A stretch of 63,632 nucleotides of DNA, filler included, from Reticulomyxa filosa (lineage: Eukaryota; Protista; Foraminifera), in assembly GCA_000512085.1 (NCBI GenBank). It is 26 parts of 26 records of this genome, joined end to end, with 100 filler letters (N's around TTAATTAATTAA, not from the genome) between each part and the next. Parts side by side here need not be neighbours in the genome. Positions count along the whole stretch, not along the records: positions 1 to 1,928 come from ASPP01011654.1; positions 2,029 to 3,028 come from ASPP01042736.1; positions 3,129 to 6,925 come from ASPP01041761.1; positions 7,026 to 9,716 come from ASPP01026575.1; positions 9,817 to 11,246 come from ASPP01026469.1; positions 11,347 to 12,924 come from ASPP01021896.1; 20 more parts are not named here. One strand, given 5' to 3'. Both the position numbers and the translations under genes were made by a program. Every line of letters starts with the position of its first letter. Positions within the stretch are counted from its first letter, which is position 1. This document shows, piece by piece, positions 1 through 11,430 of the stretch. Under the pieces are notes generated by a model. The model saw only the letters and a list, made by a program, of their open reading frames with translations, searched no databases and was not told the DNA's origin.

Positions 1-1
1 C

Positions 2-121
2 TGCACCGAGATCCCGCTGATCATGAACGACGGCAACTCGCCCCTGCCGACGCTGGATTCGACACGTCTCCTGGCCCGCGCCGCCCTCGAACGCGCCGTC
101 AGAGCGCCTTCCGGAAAATGA
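2..121 (+). CDS. Aspartate/glutamate racemase family protein, C-terminal fragment (bacterial)
   Basis: Manual translation from nt 2 gives CTEIPLIMNDGNSPLPTLDSTRLLARAALERAVRAPSGK*. (G)CTEIPL holds the second catalytic Cys and is followed by the DST motif. It overlaps the convergent GNAT gene by 23 nt. Confidence 0.8.
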   Translation, partial: CTEIPLIMNDGNSPLPTLDSTRLLARAALERAVRAPSGK

Positions 122-515
122 TCTCGCCGTCGTCCTGCCGCCCGATCTCTTTCCAGCCGTTGGTACGATAGAAGCGCTCGGCACGCGTGCCGGGTCCGGT
201 GGTCAGGGTCGCCGCGGCGAAGCCCGCAGCGCGCACATCCTCGCAGGCCAGCGGCAGCAGCGCCTGGCCCAATCCGCGTCCTTCATAATCGGGATGGATG
301 AACAGGCCGAAGATCGTGCCGTCGCGCGGATCGGCGACCGAGAAGCCCTGCACCGCGCCTGCCTCCTCCCAGACCCAGAAGGTCGCGTTCTCGAAGATCC
401 AGTCGGCCGTCGCCTCGACCTTGCTCACCGAGGTCGCGCTCAGCTGGTTCTCGCGGACGGCGAGACGCACTTCCGAAATACGGGGACGGTCGGCACTTGT
501 CGCTTTGCGGATCAT
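99..515 (-). CDS. GNAT family N-acetyltransferase (138 aa)
   Basis: The likely start is ATG at 515 (MIRKATSAD...), inside the over-extended 99..998 ORF. It has acetyl-CoA motif A (LFIHPDYEGRGLGQALL) and the AERFYRTNGW motif. Confidence 0.88.
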   Translation of the reverse strand: MIRKATSADRPRISEVRLAVRENQLSATSVSKVEATADWIFENATFWVWEEAGAVQGFSVADPRDGTIFGLFIHPDYEGRGLGQALLPLACEDVRAAGFAAATLTTGPGTRAERFYRTNGWKEIGRQDDGEIIFRKAL

Positions 516-547
516 GAAGGCCCTGAGGGTTGCGCAAGGGCGCGACC

Positions 548-1928
548 TTACAGGGCCTGCTGCAGGACTCCAGCCTCGCGCTCGTGCGGCGGTGGTTCCG
601 GTTCGCGCTCGAGCACGCCGATCTGCCGATCGATCTCCGCGATCACCGACGTCGCGAAGGGCCCGAGATGCAGGTAGAGCGTGAGCTGGATGACGACGAG
701 CTCCAGGGCGGCGGGATTGTGCCGGGCGATGTCGATGAAGGTTCGCCAGAAATGCCGGGCGAGCGCCGGCCGGCTGACCGTCATGCGCCACATCAGGCGG
801 AGCAGCGTGTTGCGGTCGCGGGGCGTGACGACCGGACGGGCCGTTATGGGATGGCTGGGCCGCCGCAGGTTGAGTCCTGATCTGCGCACGCGCTCGAAGT
901 AGGCAGCCGGCCGATAGACGGCTTCGAGGATCGCCTTGTAGTCCCTCAGTATGTCGATGCGCGGACGGCGGGTGATGAAGTTCAGCCCCCCGGTGCACTG
1001 ATCGGCGAGACCCATGTCGGCGAAAGGCAGCAGGCGACCCTCCTTCTCCAGACGCCGGGTCAGCTGCGTGGTGGGCAAGGCAGTCAACAGGCCGACCATG
1101 CAGACCGGGATGCAGGTGGCCTCGATGCAGTCGATCATCGTCTCGGCCACGCGAAGCTCCTCGGTGTCGAAGCCCACGATGAAGCCCGCGATCACCATCA
1201 TCCCGGCGGCGTGAACCTTGTGCACGCTCTCGGCCAGGCTCCGGCGGGTGTTCTGCTTCTTGCGCGTCGAGATGAGCGTGGCGGTATCGGGGCTTTCGAT
1301 GCCGACGAAGATGGCGAAGAAATTGGCCCGCTTCATCATGTCGAGAAGCTCGGCGTCGTCGGCCAGGTTGATCGAGGCCTCGGTCGAGAACATGAAGGGA
1401 TAGCCGGTGCTCTTCTGCCAGGCCTCGAGGGCGGGAAGGAACAGCTTCAATGCCTTCTTGTTGCCGATGAGATTGTCGTCGACGAAATCGACATGGCCGC
1501 GATAGCCGGCATCGTGGAGCGCCTGCAGCTCGGCCAGCATCTGCGGCACCGTCTTGGATCGGGGCATGCGGCCGAACAGTTCGATGATGTCGCAGAACTC
1601 GCAGTTGAATGGGCAGCCGCGCGAGAACTGCACGCCGACGAAGAGGTAATGACTGAAATCGATCAGGTCGAAGCGCGGAATCGGGCTGGTGGTGATGTCG
1701 GTCTTGAACTTCTCGCCCTCGAAGCGGCCTGTCCTCGCGCCGGAGTCCCAGGCTTCGATGAATTGCCCGATGATGCCCTCGGCCTCGCCGATGACGAGGA
1801 AGTCGGCGTGCTCGAAGAGTTCGGGGCTGGACATGGCATCCGGGCCTCCGACGACCACCGGCTTGCCCTGCGCCTGGGCCATGCGGATGACTTCGAGCGA
1901 GTCGACGCGTTGCGGCAGCATTCCGCCG
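548..1928 (-). CDS. Cobalamin-binding radical SAM protein with DUF4070-type C-terminus, 5'-truncated by the contig end
   Basis: B12-binding segment (VVVGGP...GEAE), CxxxCxxC motif (RGCPFNCEFC), FVDDN and GIES motifs; GC-rich bacterial codon usage. Confidence 0.9.
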
Positions 1929-2028
1929 NNNNNNNNNNNNNNNNNNNNNNNNNNNNNNNNNNNNNNNNNNNNTTAATTAATTAANNNNNNNNNNNNNNNN
2001 NNNNNNNNNNNNNNNNNNNNNNNNNNNN
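1929..2028. other. Artificial contig spacer N44-TTAATTAATTAA-N44 (first of 25)
   Basis: Identical 100-nt spacers start at 1929, 3029, 6926, 9717, 11247, 12925, 15313, 17611, 21483, 22751, 24512, 27903, 30049, 38407, 40855, 42225, 43392, 44778, 50295, 51771, 56164, 58106, 59648, 61039 and 62533. The 12-mer gives stops in all six frames. Confidence 0.99.
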
Positions 2029-2617
2029 ATTTGGCTACCCTTGCACACAGTCACAAATGAACGTCTGTCAAAGCCACAGTCACATTTCACTTCAAAGTGT
2101 ATGCGAGTGCAATAAAGAAATTGACCGATTTTTGAAAGAACAAAAAGACTCAAGCAAAAAAAATATTTCGAGTCATTTTCACGTAATCAGTAGAGACAAG
2201 GTCCCTCTACTTCACCCAACGACCCATATTGCAATTTTTATTTATTTAAAGTGTGCACTACACTCCATTCCATCCTTTTTACCTTGTCCTTGCAAAGCAT
2301 GATCAGGCTTTGAACGTGCCCACAGAAATGTTTTGAAGATAATAAAACAAAGTGTTGATAATGTTCCATCAACATATATCTCCTAAAGTCATCATATTTT
2401 TATGTTTGTTTTGCTCAAGGATATGAAGATGTAACATAAAATATATTACTGGAAACAATGATATCTTTTGTAAATATGTGTTTTCCAATTTTCACAATGA
2501 TAAAACATCCTTTTTGAAATAATAAAAAAAGAACAGAAATTAAAATAAGAAAAATCTACAAAATGTGCACGTATAGTGAGATTTAAAATCATTTCGATTG
2601 TTCCATCGCAGAGCATA

Positions 2618-3028
2618 TTAAAAAAAGGTGGCACGATCCAAGTCATTTGGCATTACTTCAATGAGATCATCTTCACTAATAAGCAATAACAAGATATAAT
2701 CTTTTTTAAAATTGACCAAATGAATTTGCCAATTGTTTTTGATATTGTCTTTCAGCAATTTGGCGATATTGGCAATGATATCATCGTTGACAACACCATT
2801 GCTTGTGGCCTGATAGTACTGCAGAGTGACTCGAATCGGGGATCGTTGATCTCGTTCCACAGACGAAAGACCGTTCAATTCGTCCCATTGCAACTGCAGA
2901 GCACCACAATCAGCACACAAATCAAATCCTTTTGAATGAGTTCGATTCTTGCCTTCAGAACAGTGCCATACGTATTCTTCCGATGGTTCCTTTTGGCATT
3001 TGCTGCAACTTACTCTACTAGTGGGTCC
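2618..3028 (-). pseudogene. C-terminal fragment of an uncharacterised conserved protein, probably disrupted
   Basis: ELNGLSSVERDQRSPIRVTLQYYQATSNGVV looks like a conserved globular motif. The upstream reading frame is broken. Confidence 0.35.
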
Positions 3029-4068
3029 NNNNNNNNNNNNNNNNNNNNNNNNNNNNNNNNNNNNNNNNNNNNTTAATTAATTAANNNNNNNNNNNNNNNN
3101 NNNNNNNNNNNNNNNNNNNNNNNNNNNNTTAGCACTCGACCTTGTGCAGCCCCGATGATAATGCACTATAATTTTTTTTAATAATATGTATAAAATCATA
3201 CAAACATAAACATCATAATGTCACTTTTTTTTATTAATTTTTTTAAAGATTACCCAAAACAAAATATGTACATATACTTTTTTTTTTGTACATACGTTAC
3301 AATTTTAGAGATGTATACATAAATAAATTATCTATACATGTTAGCAATTGTCGTTTTCAGACGTGTTGTATAGTGGTAAATGGCAGTGGTTGTAGTTAGT
3401 ATTGGATTGCGCGATGGTATTGTGTTGTGGCTGGTGGTGCATTGTATTGTAATGATATTGGGGCATCATATGAAGTGTAGTTGATGATAGCCCTCAATAC
3501 TACTGGCATTGTCAATGCATTAAAAGCATTCAACGTGTTCGTCAATCCAGCTGAAATGACTTGGCGACTTATTTGTGGATTAGCGCGAGTATCATCCAAT
3601 CACGAAATTGTGTACGCACTAGTTTTTCTTGTGCGATGTTCAAATCTTCTTGGCGATAAACTCTTGTCGCCCATCCATTTCAAACAACGATCAACCTTGC
3701 CATTGCTGTTTTGCTGTTATAATGTTGTTTATTTAATGTGTGTTTTGTGTGTTTTTTTTTAGGAAAAAAACATTTTGTTTATTCAGACTATTTTCAAAAT
3801 TAACTGTAACAATCCAACATCACAATAATCAAAATTGGGTGAAGCATCCTTGTAATCAATTAATCTCCGTCCAAAGATCAATGCAACTTGAAGTCATCCA
3901 AGGACTTCATTTTGCAAGGCTTTGCCCAGAGATCTATAAAAAGAGATTTTGTACATGAATTGCAAAAAAAATAATTTGTGTTTTCCCTCTCTACCAAAGA
4001 GAAAGTATGTTATGAGTAATACAAATAAATATACATCGACTGAAATGATATTGCAACATACCTCTTGA

Positions 4069-4841
4069 CTAGCTTGGAGCACAGGAATCCCAATTTTTCA
4101 CTATAACGAATTCACCGTTGTCCTGTTGCCACGATCGCCATTCCATTCGATTTCGCCCACAAAGCACATTGTCTTGGAGATGATAGCAGATGCCAAATGA
4201 TCCATATTGTTGAACAAATCCATTTGCAATCGAATACATATAAGTTTCGAACAGCTCGAAAGATTCCATTTGCAAAAGGATAGCAGATATTTCTGTTGTA
4301 GCGATATCGTGAAGATGTAAGTCAATAGTGGAATCATTTGCCATATCCGCATGCTGTGATTGTTGTTGTTGTGGTTGCGCATTGATGTTAGTGGTGTCGA
4401 ATAGTTCGATTTGTTGCGGCTGGCTTTCACATTGTCCAGTTCGTTTATCATCATTTTGTATTTCAGATCGCACGTGATAATTTCATCGATCGTTTGTTCG
4501 GATCGTTGTAACTTTACAATGTGAATAACATCACAAACTTGTTGTTGTTCCTGTCGTGCCATAAATGCCTCCATTTTTTTCTCTTTAATTTTTGTCATTT
4601 GATTTTCCAACTGTTCGCGATAGCCCTCCGCTGCCTCCATTTCTGGTCGAAGGCTACTCTTTTTTGTCACCCAAGGAGGTATAATACCACTTAATTTTTT
4701 GCTATCTTTGTCATTGTCAGCATCTCCACTCTTCTCAACATGCACATCCATCATTTCCTCCTGTATCCAAATACCGAGCGCTTTTGACGTTCCTAACTTA
4801 AAAAGGCTACTTTTCTCATTTCTCAAAAAAAGAGACATCAC
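4069..4841 (-). pseudogene. Frameshifted hypothetical gene (coiled coil, possible RGS-like start)
   Basis: Two overlapping ORFs (4101..4841 and 4069..4473) both have coding-like composition. ILLQMESFELFETYM weakly resembles an RGS first helix. Confidence 0.3.
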
Positions 4842-5319
4842 AGATGCAGTAAATTGGATAAATTAGAATTAAATTTCAAAATTGGATTGTACAAACAGTT
4901 TTGAGATTGCAAAATTCGTACCAAAGAAAAAAAAAAAAGGGCAAAACAATCTTTTTTTTTTTTTTTTGGAACAAAGGGAGAAGAAAAAAAAAACCTGAAT
5001 TCTATTGAGAGAGATTTATGCTACGCAAATAGCTGGGTCCGAAAAGTACTTAAGCGTTCCTTGGCTCCTGACAAGCATGGTTATGTTGATTTCAGCGCTT
5101 GTGTTGTACTTGTTTCCCGAACAGAAGTTGTCGGGTGTGGTGATGTTCTGTAAAGAAAGACACGAGGACACCTCATGGAGGAATATCTGGACAAAAGGGC
5201 GTATTTTTGAGACAAAACGGGATGATAGTTGACAATATACAAGAAAGAAGCGGAAGAAGGAAATGTAAGCAATGAAAATGAGGAACTGTGATATCAATTA
5301 TGGAATATGTTATGCGTCA

Positions 5320-6080
5320 CTACTGTTTCATGAGCATTTTTGGGAGCAACGTCCATTTGATATCCTGATGATCCATCACATACTATCGGTGGAGGCACAG
5401 CAATGATTTTTGACCAGCTGCTGCAATTCCTCGTTGTTAATGACGTGTCAATTTCTTTGTCAACAAGGTCATCCAAACTTTCAACCCTCGCTCACTTCTA
5501 TGCCGACAAAGGTTTCACGCCGCAAATATATCCCGAGTTCTTGTTGCAAAGGGGGGAGGGGGGGCCACATCAAAATTTTACCTTGGCCTTTAATCAAGCA
5601 GGTTTTTTTTAATCAATTAAAAAAACGATTGAAAGACACATTGCTTTTTTAAAAAAAGACTTTTAATGACAATAACAAAAAGAGATTATTTGATCAGGTG
5701 CATGAAATCGAAAGTGCGTTAATGAGCACGTTTGGATTTTCAGTGAACACGAATGTATATGTGTCGGGGAGTGCGAAAGAAGGAAAAGAAGAACAGTTTG
5801 CACCAAAAGACAAGAATAAAATAAAAATGAAGAGAAGGTAAATCCAGCAAAGAAGATGTGTTTGTGTTCCAAGCTCATGGCGTAAAAAACACACACTGTG
5901 ACTAGACCCGTGACAAGAACGAGGACTTCAACTTCAATTTCAACTTCAACACTGAAAAACATCTGACCAGCATGATCCCTTACATGGATGTGCTTGCTGT
6001 ATCCTGGAGACCTCTTGTATGTTCCTCGATGATGGCCACATCAAGTCTCTATCGTCACTGAGGAGGACTCATTGTAATCT
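5320..6080 (+). pseudogene. JmjC ribosomal-oxygenase-like (NO66/MINA, Cupin_4) pseudogene
   Basis: Collinear motifs in several frames: LFHEHFWEQRPF, ESALMSTFGFSVNTNVYVSG...FAP, EDVFVFQAHG and LYPGDLLYVPR*WPHQ, with an in-frame TGA at 6030-6032. Confidence 0.7.
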
Positions 6081-7025
6081 ATCAGCACTTGCTCATTTAC
6101 AGAGTGCTTTAATTTGAACTTATTCATTACATTCTGGATATTTTTGTGAAACAAAAGAAAAGGTTTGGAATACGATTGGATGCATTAATTGATCATAAAA
6201 TTGAATTTTTGCATTTTTAGCGAAAAATGAAACGAAGTTGAGGCTGACCATTTGACATGCTGATGATATGCATGCTGAACTTGAAAAATGCTTGAGAAGA
6301 TTTATCAAATGTGGTTTTGATGGATTCCAGTGACGGAATAGTGCCACTGCTTTGAAGGAGTTTGTGCTATTGGTATTCAATTATGTGAATCACAAACAAC
6401 TTTACAAGAGTTTCCAAAACATGATGCAGATGTTATTCAATGATTACACCAGAAACTTTTTCTGATCTTTTTGTTAAGATTATTAACCCTCGGTGGATCG
6501 ATTGAACCAATTCCATTTTCAATGAAGATGCGCAACAGCTTAATTGGCCTATACTCCAACAAAGTGATGCTCATTCAAGGGAAAACTTAACTGCAAACAA
6601 GGAGAGATTCATGAAACAATGTAGTGTTACCGTCATCAATAATTTTTTTTTTTCTTTCATCTTGGTATATTGTAAAAGAGATAACTGAATTTTAAAAAAA
6701 AGACATGCTCAACCTTTTCAAACAATCGCATTTATCTTTCTTCCTTAAAAAAAAATTAAAATTTTCAATAGTTCTCCTTTTTTTTTAGTTAAACCTTGAC
6801 AAACAAAAAAAGACTGCTTTTTCTTAGAAAGAGATTGCAGAAAATACATTAAAAGATTGTCATTAAAATTTCTAAAAACAAAAGCAAAATTGTAGAAAAA
6901 TGATAAAAGAATTGTACCAAACCAANNNNNNNNNNNNNNNNNNNNNNNNNNNNNNNNNNNNNNNNNNNNTTAATTAATTAANNNNNNNNNNNNNNNNNNN
7001 NNNNNNNNNNNNNNNNNNNNNNNNN

Positions 7026-7415
7026 TGAATTAGTGAATACAATATTATCTGGATCAGATGATGAAAGTGTTCGTTTGTGGGATATTCGATCTGGTCAACA
7101 AATTCAAGTATTCAATGGACATAGAAGTTATGTATTGTCTGTTGAATATTCGCCATTTGTAATAAATAATAGTATTGGTAATTCGGATGTGATATGTTCT
7201 GGATCAATTGATAATACAATTCGTTTTTGGGATATTCGATCAAATAAGAATCAATTGCATATGATAAATGGAGAAGATGGAGATGGGGGAATAGTGTGTT
7301 TGAAATTTTTACAATTAAAAAGAATAAAAAGATGAGAAAAATCAATGATGATATTGGTTGTGGTATTAATTTGTGTTACGGTTCATGTGAAGGTTTGATT
7401 CATATTTGGGGATAG
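7026..7415 (+). CDS. WD40-repeat protein, C-terminal part with one frameshift near 7330
   Basis: SGSDDESVRLWDIR, FNGHRSYV and SGSIDNTIRFWDIR. The family C-terminus NLCYGSCEGLIHIWG* is in a shifted frame ending at 7415. Confidence 0.9.
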
Positions 7416-7763
7416 TGAAGACATCTTATTGGCTGATTTGACTATGAGTGAGTATAAAATTTTTCAGTCTTTTTTTCAATAAAAATATTAAATGAAAGTG
7501 ATAAAGGTGCAACCCCAATTTAAAAGTAACTTTCAATTGAAAAGGATAATTTTTTTTTTGATAGCTTATTTTTTGATAGAATGAAAAGAAGGAAAAGTAT
7601 TATTATCAGTATTTTCATTTACACTCTTAATCACAGTGTTGACTCTTCACTTTCAAACTTGACTTTGATGCAAATCGACGACTACGAATAAAATTAGTTG
7701 ATAAAGTGTGTGTTGAATAATTGAAATTTATTTAAATCAAACGCACTAATATGATTTCACCAA

Positions 7764-8560
7764 TCACTGCACGCAGCCATCAATAATCTCTTCCAATGAT
7801 AATTGGATGATTTCGATTGTCTGTGAAAGGAACCCATTGTTGAATCCATTTGATTTATTTGATATGTTACTCCAAACAGTTACATATTTCATCACCAATT
7901 TATGTCTTTTTATCATTGAAGATCCACCAAAAGATAGTAAGGTGAACTCACCTTTATAATCCGCTTGAATTTTTTCAAATAATCTATCATTCCCTTTCAA
8001 ACTTAGTGGTTTTACAACGGTAATGTCGAATTTTTGCAATTCTGTGATCAGATTTGCAATTTCATTGCTGTTCGTTGCATTTTCACTTCTATCTCTCAAA
8101 TCTTCAATATTTGTTGTCTAGAGCGAGTACAATTTCAACAAATCCGTACGAGTAGTTTCCCTTTGAGCCAGCATTTTTCATTACTGCAATATCCTTGCAA
8201 GTTAATCCCTGGACTAATTTCTCCCACTTTCTCATTTTCTTCATTTTTTTGCACTTTTTCGGATTTCTTTTCAATTCCTTAGCTTTGCTCATTTTCTTTA
8301 CTCTCTTTGGTCTGCATATTTATATGTTTTTAATTTTTTTAGGTTTTATCAGTTATATATACATATATATATTGTACATCCAAGTTCGTCAATTTTGATG
8401 TCAAATTTTCAATCACCAAGGCTACATTCCCATTATTCTCTTCGAGACGTTTTCTCAACTCACTTTCCTCAATTACATCGCCAAATAATGCCATCAGCAT
8501 CTTTATTTCTTTTGCGTTATCATTTTTTTCTGCTTCATGTTGCATTCCTCCCAAGAGGTT
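7764..8560 (-). pseudogene. Degraded chimeric gene: CUE/UBA-like helical domain, Cys-rich PGINLQGYC domain and a kelch-family fragment
   Basis: EIKMLMALFGDVIEESELRKRLEENNGNVALVIENL, then GEISPGINLQGYCSNEKC, then FTLLSFGG...KRHKLVMKYVTVWSN. Stops and frameshifts are present. Confidence 0.55.
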
Positions 8561-9127
8561 GTCATTTTCATCATGTATAAAACTCTCCTGTTTTGTGTTG
8601 TCATGTATACATGTACATCTATAATGTCAATCATGTCAACATAATTTTTTTCATCCAGTCGTCTCTATCTCATTTTAAAAAAGAAAGATTTGTGTCAATA
8701 TTGTCAACGAGTTTATCCAGAGAACTAGTTTGTTCATTTTCGGATTTTTACTACGAAAATATCAAAATGTTTTCATCAACAAAACTCAAAAACAAGCACA
8801 TCCATTTTTTTGGATAATTTCTTACGCAAAAAGAAAAATAAAAAAACAGACTCATCAAAGCGATTAATCCTGTGTTCGGTGCTATACAAAAAAAAAGAAA
8901 TACTCAAATATTTTGCAATTTAGCTATTTTCATTTATTATGCTTTTGAATTCTTTAAAAAACATTAAATGCAACTTTTCAATTTTTTTTAAACAAGGTAA
9001 GATAACAAAAAAAAGAACACATCTTTCAATGCATGCGTTCAATCAAACCAAACAAGTTTAATATCCCTTACTTTTCTTTTAAACTTTCAAAAAGAAACAC
9101 TTTCATTTCTTACAGGACAAAAGTAAA

Positions 9128-9716
9128 TTATCCATAAATACGAATAGGACCTTTACGCGAACCATAGCATAAATTCAAGTCATATGTAGCATTCGTTGCA
9201 TTTTCATTGTTCTTCTCTTTTTTTTTCGATTTAATATATTTAAGACATACTATTCCATTATCTTCTTTCTCATCTCCTTTGATCTTATACAATTCATTCT
9301 TATTTGATCTAATATCCCAAAAACAAATTGTATTATCCCATGATCCAGAGCATATCACGTTTGAATTACAACCAATATTATCACTACTCTTTATTGCAAA
9401 TGATGAATATTCAACAGCAAACACTTGATTTGTATGTCCACTGAACACTTGAATTTGTTGATCAGATCGAATATCCCATAGACGAACACTTTTATCTTTT
9501 GATCCAGATAATATTGTATTTACTAATTCATTTGGTCCATATTTTACACTTATCACATAATCTGTATGTCCTTTGAATACATTGAATTGTTTGGTTGTTT
9601 CAATATCCCATATTCGAACGGTATTATCATATGATCCAGAACAAATTGTATATCCATTTCCACCAATCACACCAATATTATTCATTTTATTATCATTATT
9701 ATCATTGTTATTATTA
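9128..9716 (-). CDS. WD40-repeat protein, C-terminal part
   Basis: Three clear GH...SGS.D.T(V/I)R.WD repeats; paralogue of the copies at 7026 and 44878. Confidence 0.93.
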
Positions 9717-9816
9717 NNNNNNNNNNNNNNNNNNNNNNNNNNNNNNNNNNNNNNNNNNNNTTAATTAATTAANNNNNNNNNNNNNNNNNNNNNNNNNNNN
9801 NNNNNNNNNNNNNNNN

Positions 9817-11246
9817 ATATTCTTACACACAAAACAAAGGTCAATCGGAAGAAATCAAACAATTGAAGGACCAAATTGCATTATTACAAGTAGCAGTGCA
9901 GTAATTATCATGGAATTTAAGAAGTGGATCGAAATTGGATGAATGGAAAAAGAACTTGCAATTGTGGAATCGAGATGATAAATAGTCATTGGATTGCGCT
10001 GTTGATTCTTGGACCAATTGCGTGATTGAATCAGCAAAACAAAGCATTGGAACAAGGATTATTTGGAAAGGAAATAAACCTTGGTGGACTGATTCACTTT
10101 ATAGAAAAAGAAAGCACCAACTGAAAAAGAAATATAGTAAGAACAAAACTGAAACAAATTACAAGAAATACAAAAGAGCGGCAATTGAAAAGAAAATTGA
10201 GGCAGGAAAAACAATCGTTGAAAGAAGAAAGTACAATACAGTTATTTTCTCAATTTAAATCGATGAACTCGAACAAGATTTCAGTTATTCCTGCATTGAT
10301 AGAATCAACAACAGGAAATATTGCAAAGACAGATAAAGAAAAAGCTAAAATGTAGTATCGTGGTTTTCTCAACCTCCACAACCACCAAGTTATTCTGAAG
10401 AAACGAAAGAACAGACGATATTCACAATCAAATGATCAAAAATGGTGGACAAGCATTAATTGATTCTTTGGTTGTATTATTTAATTGGAGTTTTAAGAGC
10501 GAATATTGTTCCAATTCCAAAACCATAGCATCTGCAAGAATTACAGGCCAATTTCATTGCTATCTGGAGTTGGAAAGCTATTGGAAAGAATTATTACAAT
10601 GAGATTGATGTGGCACAATACATCGGAGCTATTGAGATTAACAGAATCCATTTATTCATCATTTGATAATAATGGAGTATCATATGCTGTATTATTGGAC
10701 ATATCATTGGCATATGACAATGTATGGAGAGATGGATTAAGGCATTGAATGGAATCAATTCTAGTGAAAGTTGGAGTACCTCAAAGATCAATGATTTGGC
10801 AAAAATAGTTGAAGATCCAATTCAATGTGGAATGTTTGCAGATGATATTGCGCTGTGGATATCCATTTACACCAGGCAAGACACAATCTATCACATTCAA
10901 GATGAAGAACAAAAAGAAATACCCAAAGAATCTTCATTTAAGCAATAGTTCAATCTTAGAAGCTGATCATGTGAAATATTTGAGATTGATTGTGGATCAA
11001 CAAATGACTTTCCAGCAACAAATTAACTATATTTACGACAAAGCAGCAAGGAAACTTGGATATTTAACTTTCCTATGTTCTTATAAAGGAACCCGATCAA
11101 GTTTATCTGTTTATGATCTGTTATATACAACAATTATCAGACCATCACTGGAATATGCCTGTGCATTCTGGAATGGAGCTGAAGGATCACACAAGATTGG
11201 AAAGGACTCCACCATTGGAATTACGAAGACAACAAGAAGAAGTGAA
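9817..11246 (+). mobile_element. Degraded non-LTR (LINE) retrotransposon ORF2, reverse transcriptase region
   Basis: Collinear RT motifs across frames: KPWW, IHNQMIKNG, NIVPIPKP, NYRPISLLSGVGKLLERII, LLDISLAYDNVW, GVPQ, FADD (10835-10846), KYL, IIRPSLEYAC. Many frameshifts and deletions. Confidence 0.93.
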
Positions 11247-11430
11247 NNNNNNNNNNNNNNNNNNNNNNNNNNNNNNNNNNNNNNNNNNNNTTAATTAATT
11301 AANNNNNNNNNNNNNNNNNNNNNNNNNNNNNNNNNNNNNNNNNNNNACAAAAAAAAAAAAAAAAAAAATTGGGTCGATCAAAGAACAAAGAATGAAAAGA
11401 AAAAAACTAATATTGAAGAGACACGTTAAC

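Noticed and set aside
548-1928. Calling the radical SAM gene hpnP
   Set aside because: The architecture is shared, but there is no hopanoid gene context and the sequence differs from HpnP as I recall it. A phylogeny is needed.
1973-1984. Recurrent TTAATTAATTAA as a biological repeat or CRISPR-like array
   Set aside because: It is always centred in exactly 44+44 Ns, so it is an assembly linker.
283-1984. Overlapping plus-strand and alternative-frame ORFs in the GC-rich contig
   Set aside because: These are shadow ORFs of the real minus-strand genes, expected at high GC.
3680-3712. Minus-strand NSNGKVDR resembling the NRPS adenylation A10 motif
   Set aside because: No other adenylation motifs or carrier domain nearby, so probably chance.
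6030-6032. In-frame TGA as evidence of stop-codon recoding or selenocysteine
   Set aside because: It aligns to a conserved Gly (GGA to TGA) in a copy with other lesions. Intact genes here end in TAA, TAG and TGA.
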